Source: Oopsacas minuta
Taxonomy: Eukaryota > Animalia > Porifera
NCBI GenBank assembly: GCA_024704765.1
Contig: JAKMXF010000354.1
Coordinates: forward strand, 729,690-793,689
Length of the DNA: 64,000 nt
Reading direction: 5' to 3'
Shown here: positions 57,457-64,000 of the stretch, one piece after another
How the letters are laid out: each line of letters opens with the position of its first letter
Numbering within the stretch: position 1 is the first letter of the stretch
Translations under genes and position numbers: made by a program
Notes under the pieces: generated by a model
Databases searched by the model: none
Told to the model about the DNA's origin: nothing
The model's input: the letters and a program-made list of their open reading frames with translations, nothing else

Positions 57457-60135
57457 ATGTATAACCTGAGTGCTCAGCTGTTGGGTCACACAGCTGATAT
57501 AAGAGCTATAACACATACATCAGATGATGCTATTGTAAGCACATCACGTGACGTGACGTCTCGTGTTTGGAAGAGGACCGATACTTCTCCGTGTGATTAC
57601 GAAGAAAGACAGACCCTTCAAGGACATTCTCGTTACATAATAGCAGTATGTGCTCTCCCTAAAGAGTTTGCAGAAGTTATACAAACATTTGCACATGGTG
57701 ACATGATAGCTACAGGCAGTAATGATAATATTATAAACCTGTACGCTCTAGACACAACTGAGACTCTACTCAATCCTATCTTCGCTTTTAAAGGACACAC
57801 AGACACAGTTTGTTGTCTGAATTATCACAGAGGAGCTCTCCTGTCCAGTTCATGGGACGGGACTTGTAGGGTATGGAAGGGTGCTAATTCATTCGTAGAG
57901 TTAAAGGGACATACAACTACTGTATGGTATATAGTAGGGGTTCCTGGTACCAATTATCTGCTGAGTGCTTCTGGAGACCGTACAATTCGTCTATGGGATA
58001 TGGAGGTATGTATTGCTAGAGTAATGAGTTATGATAGTAGGTAATACTTGTTGCTTAGGGTGTGTGTAGATTAAGCTATGAAGGACATCAAGATGCAGTT
58101 AGAAGCATACTGCCTATAGATGATACTAGCTTCCTATCAGCAGCTAATGACAGTCTTATTATTCAATGGAATATACACTCACGTCAGAGGATAAAGAGCT
58201 TTATGGGACATGAATCTCTTATCTATCAGCTGTATCCTCTCCCCATGAAGGAGGGGTTCGTATCTGTTGGAGAAGACAAATCCCTGAAGGTGTGGAGCTA
58301 TGAAGACACAGTACCAAAAGAAACAATACGTCATCCTGCTATTTCAGTATGGTGTGTCACAGTACTGTCTAATGGAGACATCGCTACCGGTAGTAGTGAT
58401 GGAGTTATACGTGTATTCTCAAAAGACGGAGACAGGAAAGCTCCAGCTAGCGTATTAGAAATATATAATGAGATGTGTCAGTCATCAGCTAGCATGGATA
58501 AGATTGATCCTAAAGAGTTACCTGGCTTACAAGCATTAGCCACACCGGGGAAGTTTAATCATGAGAATAGGCTAGTTAACAACCAGGGATTAGCTGAAGT
58601 GTATCAATGGAATGAGAAGGATGGGAAGTGGAGTAATATGGGTGAGGCTATGGGGTCATCAATAGGGGGCACTGGGCCTAAAACAGAGCATGTATCAGCT
58701 GTTTCAAATAAGACAATGCTAGACGGAGAGGAATTTGATCAGGTATATACGTATTATAATAAATCCTATTGGTGTAGTTTGTTTATGTTATACACAGGTT
58801 ATAGATGTAGATGTAAAAGAAGGTATGAAACCATTCAAACTAGGATTTAACTACAATGATGATCCATGGATGGTTGGTCAGAAGTTTATTTGGAAGCACG
58901 GATTATCTCAGCTGTTCTTAGATCAAATTTCTTTGTTCATAGCTGAGAATCAGAAGAATTCAGGACTCAGTACTAATGTGTCATCATTTTCAGACCCATA
59001 TAGTGGTTCAAACAGATACATTCCCGGAACTTCTGGTAATCCCTCAAATAATGCACCCTCACCAGCACAATCAGATCCTTATAGTGGTGGTGGCAGGTAT
59101 ATCCCTGGTTCTTCTTCCTCTTCTTTTCCAGCTGTTAGTCCAGTAAATACTTACATAACTATACCACCAGATCCTCCTATCACTCGTTTCTCAGGTTATG
59201 CCCCTGCTGCTCTCTCCTCCCTACCTCCCCCTCCTGTATCATCTCATCCTAGGCACATTCCTACAAATCTCCCCGCCCATTATACGCGGAAAGCTAGACA
59301 TACCCCAAATAACCCTCTACCTCCTGTCCCCACATCTACAGGTGATAACAAATACTTCCCCAAGAGAGATTTACAGCTGTTCACTGCGAAAGATCCCAAT
59401 AAGATAATGGAGAAATTAACAGAGTTTAATTCAGATAATTCTATTTCTGCAGATGCTGTATCAGATATCAATACGATATTAACTATAAGAGAGTTTGACT
59501 GCCATAAACTGTACTCATTAGTTATACCTCTATGTTGGCCCCCTGATAAGTTCTTCATTGCTCTAGACATTATACGTATAGCTATGTTAGACCCCTCCGG
59601 TAACAGATACTATGCTGAAGAGGAGGGGGAAGGTCTCCTTCATTTTGTCCTCTACTCCTTGCCCAGCGGGGGGGAAACTGCGTGTAAGTACCTCTGGATG
59701 GGTATCAACATCTTGAATAATCTATTCGCATATCGACCTGGCCAGTATTTAATGGAACATACATACGATCAAGTTATACCTAGATTGATTCAACTACTAC
59801 ACGAACATCCTATAGCTAAAGTACAGATAGGGATTAGTACTGTATGTCTTAATTACAGTGTGATAGCTACGTGTATAAAGAATGAACAGCTGTATTCTCT
59901 ATGTGGGAGACTCATCAGAGATTTGTTATCTAATTCCAAGAGTGAAGAAGCGCAATTTCGTACATTGGTAGCATTCGGACACTTGACGACACTAGCACCT
60001 GAAGAAATGACTAACTTGATAACAAATGATGGTATTGTAGCGGTTATACAATCTCTGGTAGCAGTAGACGGTATCCCTAAGATATCAGAGTGTGCTGATC
60101 TGCTACAAGCATTACTTATAAGCAAACAGAAGTAG
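57457..60135 (+). CDS. PLAA: Phospholipase A2-activating protein / Doa1 (WD40-PFU-PUL); exons 57457-58005, 58059-58742, 58798-60135
   Basis: WD40 repeats; PFU GEEFDQVIDVDVKEG...KLGFNYNDDPWMVGQKFI; SDPYSGSNRY; PUL domain QFRTLVAFG. Confidence 0.92.
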
Positions 60136-60296
60136 TGAGATTATAGGTTTTGTTTGTTTGTATTTAGTGATTGTTTAGATGGACTGTACATATGAACTTA
60201 ATTGTTGTAAGGGTTGGGTTAACTCTAGCAAAGATATCAGTAGGATTCATTAGGATATTAGTAACTTATTTTCTATTATTATTTCAGCTAGATAAT

Positions 60297-61092
60297 ATGA
60301 AATTTTTCTTCTTCATTATTACAAGCATTTTCTTCATACAGATTGTTAGAGGTAATTAACTAATATTTTCCTATTTTATTCAATTGATCAACATTTAAAT
60401 TATAGGCACCTGTACTGCTGAAGATGTAAAGTCTTATTCTACTTCTGATATAAATCTATCTTCTCGTACAGTTTTCACTGCTGAATTTTCTATAATTGCG
60501 ACAATCAGGTAAGTATACTTACATAAAAATTAAATATTTGCTGATATTTGATTTATTTTGCTTAGGAGAAATCGAAAGGGACCTTTTTTGCTCAGATGAA
60601 TGGTATGGCATTGGAGATGGCTAAAGGTCTTGAAAAATATCAGGTACTTGTCTAACACTACGAGGTAATAGCATGCATGGTATATTGTATTATCCTTGTA
60701 TTTAGATAACTTGGGTTAACGAACATTCAGTAGCAACTCCTGGAAAATATGAGATACAGATTTATGATGAAGAGAGCTTCACATTACTAAGAAAAGTTAG
60801 TTTTTTATTTCTGGGGTTCTATCAGAGATTTTCTATTCTTTAATGTTATATTAAACTTATTAGGCTGAAAGATCTGGTTCTGAGGAGACTACTAATCCTA
60901 TATTCGTGCTAAAGATCAATCACCCTGTGAGCAAACAATTTTATCAATAATATAGGTTTCAATTGAATTTATCAATTCTTTTAGGGGGCTCGTTCACCCA
61001 AACCAAGCATCCCTATCGAGACGTTCTTCATTTTAGCTCTCATCGCTCTCATATGGTTCGCGTACATAAACAAATCTCGTTTGGTGGAGTGA
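60297..61092 (+). CDS. SSR4: Translocon-associated protein delta; 6 exons (60297-60351, 60406-60508, about 60566-60643, 60706-60795, 60864-60926, 60985-61092); apparent 1-nt frameshift in exon 2
   Basis: Only exon 1 appears in the ORF track. Signal peptide; SYSTSDINLSSRTVFTAEFS; KYQ|ITW...GKYEIQIYDEESFTLLRK|AER; C-terminal TM. Matches SSR4 motifs. Confidence 0.85.
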
Positions 61093-61429
61093 TTATAATA
61101 TCCTTATAGCTCACTTAGTCTTAGCTCGCTCAGTCAAGTAACGTTAATAATATTATTGAATAGGAAATTGTATATTTGATGTTACTGTTCTTAGTAATAC
61201 GTATTATCTTTGATGTTAATTAAATGGATTATTGTTAGCATGTTGGAAAGACCATCTGACCCCGTTTTAGATATATAAAATATTGAACACACAACCAGAG
61301 GTAATCAGCGCGAAAGAACTACAAATAAGTAATATAGAATTCGTATCTAAGAAAATAAATAATAATTCTATATAAGACATCATTTTTGAGCTAAGTATTT
61401 GGATTAGCAGTGATTGATTGGAGATCCGG

Positions 61430-63901
<2,472 letters not shown>

Positions 63902-64000
63902 CTATTCTTAATAACTACACAATATTAATAATAAGAATCTGTAAGTGAATGTAGTACTAACTGATAACCAATTCTGTATGAAATTTACCAAATGCAAAAA

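Noticed and set aside
705-59570. Many short antisense or overlapping ORFs in the track (e.g. 705-941, 5226-5531, 8380-8793, 27832-28185, 50892-51242, 52436-52885, 59280-59570)
   Set aside because: They lie opposite or within well-supported genes and show no recognisable motifs; they are expected shadows of codon bias.

Overview
This is AT-rich, very gene-dense eukaryotic (metazoan) genomic DNA with short GT-AG introns, many intronless genes and spacers of about 100-600 nt. The style suggests a compact sponge genome, possibly a glass sponge such as Oopsacas; this is inference only. About 32 protein-coding genes were traced by hand, including two the ORF track essentially misses (a receptor-L-domain kinase fragment at the left edge and SSR4), plus four small TIR elements (MITEs). 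No rRNA, tRNA or CRISPR array could be supported. Main highlights: (1) two paralogous, intronless Smoothened/Frizzled-like 7TM receptors that lack the CRD and carry an extra N-terminal TM anchor, arranged mirror-wise around two NHL genes; (2) two nested-gene arrangements: ABHD11 and PYROXD2 inside ARL8 intron 1 (ARL8 exon 1 stays in frame with ABHD11), and SON inside an IQCE intron; (3) a window-wide 3'-splice-acceptor signal just upstream of start codons, together with tightly packed co-oriented genes, consistent with spliced-leader trans-splicing and operons; (4) a predicted GC-AG intron in ALDH6A1 and apparent 1-nt frame breaks in SSR4 and TIPIN; (5) an orphan type II membrane protein with a Cys-rich C-terminal domain. 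Exon coordinates are hand-derived and may be off by a few bases. Gene names come from recalled motif similarity, not from database searches.
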